This document shows, one piece after another, positions 39,027 through 48,414 of a stretch of DNA of 64,000 bases. The stretch is from Patescibacteria group bacterium (GTDB lineage: Bacteria > Patescibacteriota > Microgenomatia > UBA10105 > UBA927): assembly GCA_035510735.1 (NCBI GenBank), contig DATKGN010000004.1:243810-307809 (forward strand), read 5' to 3'. The notes under the pieces are model-generated. The model had not been told where the DNA came from and did not search any database. It worked only from the letters and a program-made list of their open reading frames with translations. Made by a program: the position numbers and the translations under genes. How positions within the stretch are numbered: the stretch's first letter is position 1; every line of letters starts with the position of its first letter.

Positions 39027-40508
39027 TTATACCTTTTCTGTCACGCGGTATTCCAATCGTTTCCCGAGAATCATGCGCGTATGTGCGTCCAGGCCTGGAA
39101 GCGCCGAAAGAAAGAAGGAAACAATCGGCACTGTAATCCATTGGAGGTAGAGGAACGGGAGTTTCCATGAAGTGAATTCTTTCGGCCGTGGAGGTTTCGT
39201 ACGCCAATCGAGAATGATGATAATCAAGAGAAAAATTAAGGATAATGTGAGAATGCCCGATGAAAGCTGGGCCAGATTGTGACCGAGGACCGTACGGCTG
39301 AATGCCTGGTTGACGAGAGGCGGGAGGACGCTTCCGATGGTGAGAATAAACCAATTTGACGGCCAAAATACATGTTGTTCGAGTAGGTTAAGTGTACGGC
39401 GCATCCTATCTCCTGCCGGGATTTCATTATGGATAAATGCATTTTGCATAACGAACGGTATATCCGATATACCCCAGGCCCATCGTTTGGACTGTTCATA
39501 TTGGTTGACCATTGTACGCCAGAATCCATGACTCTCTGCGGCATCAAGGAGTAGCGGTAAAAAGATGCTTTTCGTACTTACCTTTTCTCCGAGTGCGAAA
39601 TAGACCTTAAAGAACATGTGATAATCTTCAGGAATGACATCTGTGCCCCAATATCCGGCTTTGACGGCGGTCGCAAAAGATAGTGAGTAGGTTGAGAAAT
39701 TAATCAGTTTATTTTTTTGTGAAAGTATTGCAAGGTTTGAAATGCTGAACATGGTATTGACGACCCGGCTCGGGAGCGGGATACGCCAAATATTGTTGTA
39801 AAAAAGAATGGCACCCTGGTAAAAATGATAGTCGCGATCAGGATCCGTCAAAAAAAGATGAGAAAGGTAGGAAAAATATTTCGGGTGAATAAGCGCATCG
39901 GCGTCGCACGAGGTTACAGTGACAAATGCCAGTGGAATTTTCCATGATTTTAGTTTAGAAACGATTGACCGTGCGGCGAACGCCATGTTAGATGATTTTC
40001 CCGCAACTTCTCCAGCTTTCAATAGATGTTTTGTAACGATAAATTTTCCGAATTGCGGCGTAAACTCTTTTTGTAATAGTGATGTCGTTTCTTGGGAGAG
40101 TGTGTCTTTTCCTTCAGTTGCAAGTACGATAATAAGCCTTTCCTTCGGGAAATCCTGTTTTGCAAGAGATTCCAACGTCCGCTGTAAAATATGAATCGGC
40201 TCCCTGTATTCAGGGATAATGATGACGTGATACAGTTTGTTAAACGATTCCTGCATTTTGGCAAGCGCGAGCCAGTCTATCTTTACGTGTGCGTTCATCG
40301 TGACAAAAGACTTGATTGCGTGAAGCGCAAGTGTAAATGATTTATAAAACCAGAATACGTCGAAAGTGATAATGAGATACGCAACGAGCGCCGGGTGCCA
40401 AAAGGAGAGCCATAATGGCATTGTGATAAGAAACCATGACAGGCTCGGAACGACTATTTCCATCAGCCGCATGGTGAATGTTGGATGACGTATGAATAAT
40501 TGGCGCAT
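39027..40508 (-). CDS. GT2 membrane glycosyltransferase
   Basis: IIP.YRE, GKSSN, CDAD, IPED, QSKRWAWG. Confidence 0.88.
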   Translation of the reverse strand: MRQLFIRHPTFTMRLMEIVVPSLSWFLITMPLWLSFWHPALVAYLIITFDVFWFYKSFTLALHAIKSFVTMNAHVKIDWLALAKMQESFNKLYHVIIIPEYREPIHILQRTLESLAKQDFPKERLIIVLATEGKDTLSQETTSLLQKEFTPQFGKFIVTKHLLKAGEVAGKSSNMAFAARSIVSKLKSWKIPLAFVTVTSCDADALIHPKYFSYLSHLFLTDPDRDYHFYQGAILFYNNIWRIPLPSRVVNTMFSISNLAILSQKNKLINFSTYSLSFATAVKAGYWGTDVIPEDYHMFFKVYFALGEKVSTKSIFLPLLLDAAESHGFWRTMVNQYEQSKRWAWGISDIPFVMQNAFIHNEIPAGDRMRRTLNLLEQHVFWPSNWFILTIGSVLPPLVNQAFSRTVLGHNLAQLSSGILTLSLIFLLIIIILDWRTKPPRPKEFTSWKLPFLYLQWITVPIVSFFLSALPGLDAHTRMILGKRLEYRVTEKV

Positions 40509-40604
40509 ATTAACAACCCAAGTGATTCGCTACATTATACCATTGTGAGGTAAATTTGTTGCCTCATTATGGACAGGAATAACGAAGGATGTGGTCATAA
40601 CGGT

Positions 40605-41444
40605 TTATGTCGGGAGTGTAAACAGCGTCCGGGCGTTTTTGGTTGTTTGCTCTTCTACTTCAGTGTAGGGGATATTGAGCAATTCCGCAATTTTGTGGGC
40701 CACGAGCGGAATGTTTTTGGGTTCATTCCGCTGCCCGCGGTGGGGGATGGGGGTCAAATACGGCGAATCGGTTTCCAAAAGTATCATAGAAAGCGGGATT
40801 GACGGGACAATGAGTTGCAGTTGTTTTGAAAAGGTGAGATTGCCGTCGATGCCGACAAATAGATTTCTTCGTTTCGCTTCACGAAGGTCCTGAAGCCCGC
40901 CGGAGAAACAATGAATGACCCCTCGCGGCATGGTTGGGACATTGTCCATGACGTCAAAGAAGTCTTCATACGCATCGCGGCAGTGCATGATCACCGGCAG
41001 ATTATGGTTGAGGGCAATGCGGAGTTGTTCCTCAAACAGAATTTTTTGTTCCTGTTTTTTCCCGGCGGCCACCTCGCCCTTAAATAAATGGTAATCCAGG
41101 CCGATCTCGCCGATTGCTATTATTGTCATTCCAGGCTTGACCTGGAATCCATCTTTGTTATTGCCCGAATCGGGATCCCGGATCGGGGTCCGGGATGACA
41201 ATATTAATTGTTCAAGAGCGTTAAGATCGTGTTCATGTGACGCTTCATATGGGTGAAAGCCGATACTTGCGAAAACAACACCAGCATTATTTCTCGCAAG
41301 TTGTATTGCAAGCGTCGAAGAAAACATATCAACGCCGGGACAGATAAACTGTTTGACCCCGGCTTTTTTGGCATTCCCGATGACCATGGCACGGTCGTCA
41401 TTGAACTGTTCAAACATGAGGTGACAGTGGGTGTCGATGAACAT
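40605..41444 (-). CDS. tatD: TatD-family nuclease with repeat-derived insert
   Basis: MFIDTHCHL, GFHP, IGEIGLDY, HCR, HCFS, ETDSPYL; true start is ATG 41444. Confidence 0.93.
   Translation of the reverse strand: MFIDTHCHLMFEQFNDDRAMVIGNAKKAGVKQFICPGVDMFSSTLAIQLARNNAGVVFASIGFHPYEASHEHDLNALEQLILSSRTPIRDPDSGNNKDGFQVKPGMTIIAIGEIGLDYHLFKGEVAAGKKQEQKILFEEQLRIALNHNLPVIMHCRDAYEDFFDVMDNVPTMPRGVIHCFSGGLQDLREAKRRNLFVGIDGNLTFSKQLQLIVPSIPLSMILLETDSPYLTPIPHRGQRNEPKNIPLVAHKIAELLNIPYTEVEEQTTKNARTLFTLPT
41124..41200. repeat. TGTCAT..ATGACA REP-like dimer, in frame in tatD
   Basis: tgtcattccaggcttgacctggaatcc-spacer-ggatcccggatcggggtccgggatgaca. Confidence 0.9.
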
Positions 41445-41453
41445 ATATTTTAT

Positions 41454-41520
41454 TGTCATTCCCGCGAAGGCGGGAATCTCGAATTCAAAAACTGGATCCC
41501 CGATCAGGTCAGGGATGACA
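41454..41520. repeat. TGTCAT..ATGACA REP-like dimer, intergenic (metG-tatD)
   Basis: tgtcattcccgcgaaggcgggaatct-spacer-ggatccccgatcaggtcagggatgaca; 67 bp. Confidence 0.9.
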
Positions 41521-41523
41521 TTA

Positions 41524-43062
41524 TTATTGAATCCTCGGGAACAAGGGCGGCTGGGATGTAATAGGTGTCCCTTGCTGAACATTTACCCAGCTGTCTTTAT
41601 AATTGGGATTTTTCGTCAATAACGCTTTACTGCCTAATATTGTTGCGATTTTTTGGGCCGTTGCCGGCAGAAAGGGATATATTTGCCACGCGACCTGATT
41701 TAGGCTGTCTGCCAAACCATATAATACCCAGTTAAGAGATTTTTTATCGGTTTTTGCTAATCGCCATGGTTGATTGACGTCAATATATTTATCAGCCTCT
41801 TTTATGAAATTCCAAATAGCTGTTAACCCTTCACTAAATTGGTACGCTTGTATGGCACGATCGAAATCAGACCATGCCTTTTTCCAATTATATATGTGTT
41901 CATCGGTCCGTAACGGGTGGGTTTCCGGATCCTGATCGATTGTTGGGATTTTTCCCTCGCAATACTTATCTATCATCGTGGTAATGCGGCTGGTAATATT
42001 GCCTAATCCATTCGCGAGATCTGCATTATACAATTCTTTAAATCTTCGTTCGGAAAAATCACCGTCACTGGTTGACGGAATTTCGCGCAAAAAATAATAG
42101 CGTACGGGGTCGGCTCCATATTTATTTATTAATTCGACCGGATCAATCACGTTGCCGAGGGTTTTACTCATTTTTTGGCCGTTTAATGTGAAATATCCGT
42201 GAATGAATACGGATTTTGGTAGTTTGAGTCCTGCGGAAAGTAAAAATGCCGGCCAGTAGACCGTATGAAACCGGTTAATACCTTTGCCGATCATATGTAC
42301 ATCGGCCGGCCACCATTTCTTGTATTTTTCATCATTCCACCCGAATCCGACGCCGGATTGATAAATGTTTAAGGCATCAAACCAGACGTACATCCTCTGT
42401 GTTGGATCTTCGGGAACTGGGACGCCCCAATTTTTTGCGCGTGCATTACTTCGGGAAACACTTATATTCAACAAAGGTTGTTTAAGAAAAGAAAGAATTT
42501 CATTTTTCCGGAAATCCGGAATAATTTTTATCGTATCTTCCGAGATAAGTTTGATGAGCTGTTTCTGATATGAGGAGAGGCGGAAAAAATAATTTTCCTC
42601 TTTCACCGTTTCCAATTTTTTTCCGGGGTGTTCGAAACATTCGCCGTTTTCATTGAGTTCATCTTTCGTATAAAATGCTTCACATCCGACACAATATAAT
42701 CCTTCATATGATTTTTTATAAATATCTTTTTTACACAAGTTCCACAGTTTCTGGCTTGCTTTGAAATGGTGGTAGACGTCGCTTCCTTTTTGCCAGACGT
42801 TGAAATCGCAGTTTAAGGCCTTCGTTAAATCGAAAAATTTCTGCGTATTATCGTCAATAAATTTTTGCACCGGAACGCCTGCTTTCTCCGCGGCCTGAAC
42901 ATTTTTGAGGGCGTTTTCATCTCCGCCCGAGAGGAGGAGTGTCTCATCTCCTAATAATTTGTGATAGCGGGCGACAACGTCTCCCTGCACGAATTCGAGC
43001 GCGTGCCCGATGTGTGGAGCTGCATTGACGTAGGGGATAGAGCAGGTGACGTAGAATTTCAT
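41524..43062 (-). CDS. metG: methionyl-tRNA synthetase (short form)
   Basis: PYVNAAPHIGH, YCVGCE, YVWFDAL, KMSKT. Confidence 0.97.
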   Translation of the reverse strand: MKFYVTCSIPYVNAAPHIGHALEFVQGDVVARYHKLLGDETLLLSGGDENALKNVQAAEKAGVPVQKFIDDNTQKFFDLTKALNCDFNVWQKGSDVYHHFKASQKLWNLCKKDIYKKSYEGLYCVGCEAFYTKDELNENGECFEHPGKKLETVKEENYFFRLSSYQKQLIKLISEDTIKIIPDFRKNEILSFLKQPLLNISVSRSNARAKNWGVPVPEDPTQRMYVWFDALNIYQSGVGFGWNDEKYKKWWPADVHMIGKGINRFHTVYWPAFLLSAGLKLPKSVFIHGYFTLNGQKMSKTLGNVIDPVELINKYGADPVRYYFLREIPSTSDGDFSERRFKELYNADLANGLGNITSRITTMIDKYCEGKIPTIDQDPETHPLRTDEHIYNWKKAWSDFDRAIQAYQFSEGLTAIWNFIKEADKYIDVNQPWRLAKTDKKSLNWVLYGLADSLNQVAWQIYPFLPATAQKIATILGSKALLTKNPNYKDSWVNVQQGTPITSQPPLFPRIQ

Positions 43063-43074
43063 TATGTGGTCATT

Positions 43075-43410
43075 CTATCGTTTTTGCATGTATACCTCAA
43101 GGGAAATGAGGCAGGCGAGCAGTAGAATGGAATAATACAGATCTCTGAGCCCAAGGAAGCGGAGTAAAAAAAAGACGAATACCCCACCACCAACCAGAAT
43201 GGAACGTCGTACAATATTTGTTATAAATAATGTGAGACTGAACGTCGTTGCGAAAACTAAGAGAAAAAACGCCCCAAGCGGAACGATGAAGTCCGGGTCC
43301 TGGGTATTTATTAACCAGCCTAAGCCGCTTAAGCCGCAGATTCCGATTATAAGCCAGATTACATTATGGTTTGTGTGACCATGGAGCCTTGGCGCATCAT
43401 GTAATTCCAT
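43075..43410 (-). CDS. small 4-TM membrane protein
   Basis: 111 aa hydrophobic ORF directly upstream of metG. Confidence 0.6.
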   Translation of the reverse strand: MELHDAPRLHGHTNHNVIWLIIGICGLSGLGWLINTQDPDFIVPLGAFFLLVFATTFSLTLFITNIVRRSILVGGGVFVFFLLRFLGLRDLYYSILLLACLISLEVYMQKR

Positions 43411-43453
43411 AAATCTAGCGTATCACATCGTCATGTGGTATCGTGTGATCATC

Positions 43454-44467
43454 ATGAATGACTTCATTATTATAATAGCAATCAATCTCCTTGGATTTAC
43501 CGTATTGGTATGGATTATCAAACATGAGCTCTCAAAACTCAATAAGAGCGGCGACGAAACGCTTGTGGCATGGCTCAAGAGCATGCAGGTGACGATTGAG
43601 CATACTAATAAGACATTAAACGACGCTATGCGCGGGACCTCGGTCGAGATGACGAGAACGCTGCAGTCGAACTCCCGGCAGCTTAATGAGAGGCTCGATG
43701 AGGCTGCCCGTGTGATCGGTGCGCTCAATAAAAACGTCGGGGAAATGTCGGAGGTCGGCCGCGGCATCAGGTCACTTCAGGAATTTCTTCAGTCGCCGAA
43801 ACTCCGCGGCAACATCGGTGAACAGGTCCTTAAAGATATGATCGGACAATCATTTCCCAAACAATCATTTCATTTACAGTATGCGTTTAAATCCGGAGTC
43901 AAAGTCGATGCAGTTCTCAAAACCGACGCAGGGCTTCTCTGTATCGATTCAAAATTCCCGATGGAAAATTTTACTCTTTTGCATAACGGAGAGACCGAAG
44001 CTATCCGTAATCAGGCAAAGCGCGATTTTATCTCTGACGTAAAAAAACATGTGAGCGATATCAGTAAGAAATATATATTACCCGAAGAAGGGACGATGGA
44101 TTTTGCCCTTATGTACATTCCGTCGGAATCAGTTTACTACGAAATAGCCAATATAAATGACCTCATGGAATTTGCCAGAGGCCAGAGGGTTTATCCGGTT
44201 TCGCCCAACACGCTTTATGCGCATCTCCAAGTGTTACTCTTATCATTTCAGGGAAAAGAGCTTGAACTGAAATCAAGGGAAATCTTCCGCTTGCTTCGTG
44301 CAATACAAAAGGATTATGAGAAAGTCGAAGATAATCTGAGTGTTCTTGGTAAACATGTCGGAAATGCTTATAATACAATGGGAAATGTCACAAGCGCATT
44401 TAATCTTTTGGGACAAAAACTCACACGGACGCAAAATTTCCGTGAGTTATCCGAAGAACACGCATAA
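43454..44467 (+). CDS. rmuC: DNA recombination protein RmuC
   Basis: PKLRGNIGE, IDSKFP, DFALMYIPSES, VSPNTL; start 43433 or 43454. Confidence 0.92.
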   Translation: MNDFIIIIAINLLGFTVLVWIIKHELSKLNKSGDETLVAWLKSMQVTIEHTNKTLNDAMRGTSVEMTRTLQSNSRQLNERLDEAARVIGALNKNVGEMSEVGRGIRSLQEFLQSPKLRGNIGEQVLKDMIGQSFPKQSFHLQYAFKSGVKVDAVLKTDAGLLCIDSKFPMENFTLLHNGETEAIRNQAKRDFISDVKKHVSDISKKYILPEEGTMDFALMYIPSESVYYEIANINDLMEFARGQRVYPVSPNTLYAHLQVLLLSFQGKELELKSREIFRLLRAIQKDYEKVEDNLSVLGKHVGNAYNTMGNVTSAFNLLGQKLTRTQNFRELSEEHA

Positions 44468-44485
44468 TCGTATTTCCAATATTCT

Positions 44486-45379
44486 ATGTTGCAGGGACAA
44501 TTAGTTAAAACCATCACCTCTGACGGATTAGAGTTATCAGGATTTTGGATGGACCAAAAGAGTGAGGTTGCCGTTTTATATTCCCACGGAACAGCTGGGG
44601 ATTTTTATACTCACAAATTTATTGAAGTTGTGGGAGAACAATTGGCTTCCCAAAAAATTTCATTCCTCACCGCCAACAATCGCGGACATGATGTATTCGC
44701 AGATATCAGAAAGCATAACGGGGAACAAATTGATTGGGTCCAAGTTGGTGGTGCGTATGAGAAATTTGAGGATTCACTTTTTGATATAGCGGCCTGGGTC
44801 GAATTTCTATCAAAACATGGAGTAAAGAAAATTATCTTACAGGGTCACAGCCTCGGACCAAATAAAAATATTTTTTATCAATATAAAAAACAGGACCCGC
44901 GCATTATCGCCTTTATTCACCTGTCTCCGCAAAACGATGCGGGTTTGATGAGACATAAATTCGGAGAAGAAAAATATAAGTCAGTTAACCAAATGATTGC
45001 GAAAAAACTTGAGGAAGGAAAAGCCCGTGAAATGCTTCCCGATGAGTTTATCGAGGTGTGCCCGATATCCGTCGGAGCATACTCAGGATATTTTATGGAA
45101 GACGGAGTCGGCAATTTATTTCCATATCTTAGTCCCGATAATCCGAACTGGCGGGTTCTAGGGTCGATTAAAGAACCGCAGCTTCTTATATACGGAGAGA
45201 AAGATATATATATTTTGCCGTCCGTAGCGGATGCTGTGAAGATTTTCGGTAGTAAGGTTAAAAATTCCCAGAGTTTCACATCAAAAATAATAACAAACGC
45301 ATCGCATAGTTATGTGGGATACGAAAAAGAGTTAACGGACGAAATCATGAAATGGATAAAGCAAATGAAGCTGGTATGA
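44486..45379 (+). CDS. alpha/beta hydrolase (DUF1749-like)
   Basis: HG, NNRGHD, GHSLG, ASHSY. Confidence 0.8.
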   Translation: MLQGQLVKTITSDGLELSGFWMDQKSEVAVLYSHGTAGDFYTHKFIEVVGEQLASQKISFLTANNRGHDVFADIRKHNGEQIDWVQVGGAYEKFEDSLFDIAAWVEFLSKHGVKKIILQGHSLGPNKNIFYQYKKQDPRIIAFIHLSPQNDAGLMRHKFGEEKYKSVNQMIAKKLEEGKAREMLPDEFIEVCPISVGAYSGYFMEDGVGNLFPYLSPDNPNWRVLGSIKEPQLLIYGEKDIYILPSVADAVKIFGSKVKNSQSFTSKIITNASHSYVGYEKELTDEIMKWIKQMKLV

Positions 45380-45957
45380 GAACGATTTTTATTATCCATG
45401 GAAGCTATGGCAACCCGCAAGAAAACTGGCTTCCCTGGTTAAAAAAAGAACTGGAAAAATTAGGGTATCGCGTATTTGTTCCAGAATTCCCTATTCCTAA
45501 AAATCAGGATTTGGCATACGGAGGTCACGATCTGTCCGCCTGGCTTGCTACTCTTAAAGAGTACGAACAATATATTGATGAACATACGATATTCGTCGCA
45601 CATAGTCGCGGGTGCATATTTATGTACCGGGTATTAGAGCAAATTAAACGTCCGGTTGCAGCAGTTTTTTTGGTTGGACCATGGATTACCTACCGATGGT
45701 ATCCGAAGGGATGGAATAAAATTGACTCTTTTCACGAGAAGCCATTTGATTGGGACAAAATAAAAAAGGGAAGCAGGTATTTTGAGATTTACCAATCAAC
45801 GAATGATGATACGCCGGTTACTGAGGGGAAAGATTTGGCTCAAAAATTAGATGCACAATTAATAATTGTTAAAGACGCTGGGCATTTTAACGTGGCATAT
45901 CATCCACGATTTAAGAAATTTGACCAATTGTTGGAAAATATAAAAAATAAATTATGA
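45376..45957 (+). CDS. RBBP9/YdeN-family alpha/beta hydrolase
   Basis: IIHGSYG.P.ENWLPWLK, AHSRG, STNDD, AGHFN; start at ATG 45376 (ATGA overlap). Confidence 0.85.
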   Translation: MRTIFIIHGSYGNPQENWLPWLKKELEKLGYRVFVPEFPIPKNQDLAYGGHDLSAWLATLKEYEQYIDEHTIFVAHSRGCIFMYRVLEQIKRPVAAVFLVGPWITYRWYPKGWNKIDSFHEKPFDWDKIKKGSRYFEIYQSTNDDTPVTEGKDLAQKLDAQLIIVKDAGHFNVAYHPRFKKFDQLLENIKNKL

Positions 45958-47135
45958 AATTTGTATTATTTCACGGATCGTTCGGAAACCCTGAGGAAAA
46001 TTGGTTTCCTCAGCTTAAAGAACAATTGCAATTACTTGATCAGGAGGTCGTCGTCCCCACTTTCCCGTGCGATGATTGGGATGAACTGACGAAAGCGGGG
46101 CTGTCAGCGCCTCCGAAACATCAGAGTCTTGAGAATTGGTTTAAAGCATTCGACGAGATGTATAAAACGTTTGATAAAAATGAGAAACTTTGTTTTATCG
46201 GCCACTCGCTGGGGCCGCTGTTTATACTCCATGTGGTTGAGCGATACAATATCCAACTGGATTCTGCTATTTTTATCAGCCCGTTTATGTCCAAGCTCAA
46301 CAAACCCTGGCAATTTGACCATGTAAACGCGCCGTTTTACAAAACGGATTTTGATTATGAAAAACTCCGCAAACGTATTCCTGTTTCCTATGTGTTGTAT
46401 TCAGACAGCGATCCCTATGTTGAACGGGAGCAGCCCGTCAAATTTGCAGAACCATTACATAGTTCAATAATTCTTGTTAAGAAGGCGGGTCATTTGAATG
46501 CCGCCGTGAATTTAAACGAATTTCCCTTAGTATATGAGTTATGTAAATCTAGGTTGGATTTAAGCTTATACCAGCACTATATCGATCACCGACGGCAGTT
46601 GTTTGCGACGAATTATCTCAAAGGACGCCATGAAGAGGTTGTGTATCTCAAGCCGGAAGAAATATTTGATGAGGGATTGTTTCATTTTCGGAATTTGAGT
46701 AAGAAAGGATTCTGCACGTTTTTTACCGGTCTGTCACTTTGGGAAACACAGAGCGAATATTATAAAGAAGCGAGAAAAGCAGCCCTAAGAGTCAAAGATT
46801 TTACCCGCGTGTTTGTTGTTCAGGATTTGGACGATTTGAAACGTACAATATTATTACAACAAATCGATTTGGATTTGAAGGCCGGAATTAAAATATTTCT
46901 TGTCATGATGCAGGATATTGAAAAAGAGGTACGTGAGCTCGATTTTGGGATTTGGGATAATGATTATTTGTGTGTTGTGCGGTTTAATAAGGAAAAACAG
47001 GTTGAAGTGAAGTTAAGTAGTAGAAAACAGGATATTCTTGAAGCCGAAAAGTGGGAAAAAATTATTTTGGCAAAAGCGGAAAAAATTACGGGTATTGATA
47101 ACGACATCAATACGTTTATAAAAAAACACTCATGA
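45954..47135 (+). CDS. RBBP9/YdeN-family hydrolase fused to an extra C-terminal domain
   Basis: HGSFG..ENWFP, GHSLG, SDSDP, GHLN; ~190 aa C-terminal part with RVFVV..DFGIWD. Confidence 0.8.
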   Translation: MKFVLFHGSFGNPEENWFPQLKEQLQLLDQEVVVPTFPCDDWDELTKAGLSAPPKHQSLENWFKAFDEMYKTFDKNEKLCFIGHSLGPLFILHVVERYNIQLDSAIFISPFMSKLNKPWQFDHVNAPFYKTDFDYEKLRKRIPVSYVLYSDSDPYVEREQPVKFAEPLHSSIILVKKAGHLNAAVNLNEFPLVYELCKSRLDLSLYQHYIDHRRQLFATNYLKGRHEEVVYLKPEEIFDEGLFHFRNLSKKGFCTFFTGLSLWETQSEYYKEARKAALRVKDFTRVFVVQDLDDLKRTILLQQIDLDLKAGIKIFLVMMQDIEKEVRELDFGIWDNDYLCVVRFNKEKQVEVKLSSRKQDILEAEKWEKIILAKAEKITGIDNDINTFIKKHS

Positions 47136-47761
47136 CATTTGTTTTTATTCATGCATCATTCGGATCGCCAGAAGAGGCGTGGTTTCCATGGCTTAAGAAA
47201 GAATTAGAAGGGTTAGGTCATGAAGTATTTGCACCCCGATTACCGACAGATGAGTGGTCGAAAGTCACAAAATTACCCGTTGCAGAATACCGATCGAGTC
47301 AAAATCTGACGGTATGGACAGAGTCATTCGAAAAACTTCTACCGAAAATACAAAATCACAAAGAACTCTGTTTTGTGGGTCATTCACTTGGTCCGATGTT
47401 TATCCTTTTTATGGTTGAAAAGTGCGGATTATACGCAAAAAATGCGTATTTTATTGCTCCGTTTTTCCATCCGGCAACTGAGGAAGAGTTAAAGGATAAA
47501 TCGGCAGCCCTGATCCATAAAGCGAATATAACGTTTTATTATCATGATTTCGATTTTGCACGTCTTCGATCGTTAATCCCTCAATCAACGGTTATTTATA
47601 GTGACGATGATCCGAATGTCCACGAGTGGGAGGCGCTCGAGTTCGCAGAAAAATTAGGGAGTAAAACGATTAAACTGACCGGATTGGGACATATGGGAAT
47701 AGAATCACATCTTTTCAAGTTTCCGCAACTCCTTAATGCAATAAAACGGGACAATCCGTAA
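47132..47761 (+). CDS. RBBP9/YdeN-family hydrolase
   Basis: WFPWLK, GHSLG, SDDDP, GHMG. Confidence 0.85.
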   Translation: MTFVFIHASFGSPEEAWFPWLKKELEGLGHEVFAPRLPTDEWSKVTKLPVAEYRSSQNLTVWTESFEKLLPKIQNHKELCFVGHSLGPMFILFMVEKCGLYAKNAYFIAPFFHPATEEELKDKSAALIHKANITFYYHDFDFARLRSLIPQSTVIYSDDDPNVHEWEALEFAEKLGSKTIKLTGLGHMGIESHLFKFPQLLNAIKRDNP

Positions 47762-47775
47762 TATAATAACCCCAC

Positions 47776-48414
47776 ATGACATTCTTATTCATTCACGGTA
47801 CTTTTGAATCACCAAATAATGCTTGGTTTCCGTGGTTGAAAAACGAGTTACAAAAGATGGGCCATATTGTGATAGCGCCGCAATTTCCGGTGGACAAATG
47901 GTCGGAGATATCCAAGCAGCCTGTGTCCGAATACGCTCCTACGCAACAATTAGGTGCATGGTTTGATGTTTTCGAAAAGATTCGTAACACTATTAAACCG
48001 GATACAAAATTATGTATTGTTGCCCATTCATTAGGCCCCGTGTTTACGTTACTCGTCGCTCAAAAATATTCTATGCAATTAGCGAATGCATATTTTATTG
48101 CGCCGTTTTTTGAGGTGTACGGGAAATCCGACTATATTGAAAAGGCAAACGATTCGTTTTATCATCAACAATTCGATTTTCCCAAACTACGGAGGCTTAT
48201 TCCAAATTCAACTGTTCTGTACAGTGATAACGATCCATATATTGATAAACTTAAATCTGTAGAATTTCGGGAAAAATTGAAGAGCAAGATTGTAAGGTTA
48301 CACGGGTTAGGTCATATGGGATCGGAATCGGGCATGAAGGACTTTCCCCAATTACTCGATCTGATCAAACAAGATAGTAATATAATAACCCGACATGACA
48401 AAAGTATCCGTTGA
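47776..48414 (+). CDS. RBBP9/YdeN-family hydrolase
   Basis: WFPWLK, AHSLG, SDNDP, GHMG. Confidence 0.85.
   Translation: MTFLFIHGTFESPNNAWFPWLKNELQKMGHIVIAPQFPVDKWSEISKQPVSEYAPTQQLGAWFDVFEKIRNTIKPDTKLCIVAHSLGPVFTLLVAQKYSMQLANAYFIAPFFEVYGKSDYIEKANDSFYHQQFDFPKLRRLIPNSTVLYSDNDPYIDKLKSVEFREKLKSKIVRLHGLGHMGSESGMKDFPQLLDLIKQDSNIITRHDKSIR

Noticed and set aside
41445-41582. 46-aa N-terminal extension of TatD in the ORF track
   Set aside because: Overlaps metG and the intergenic repeat; the TatD family starts at MFIDTHCH.
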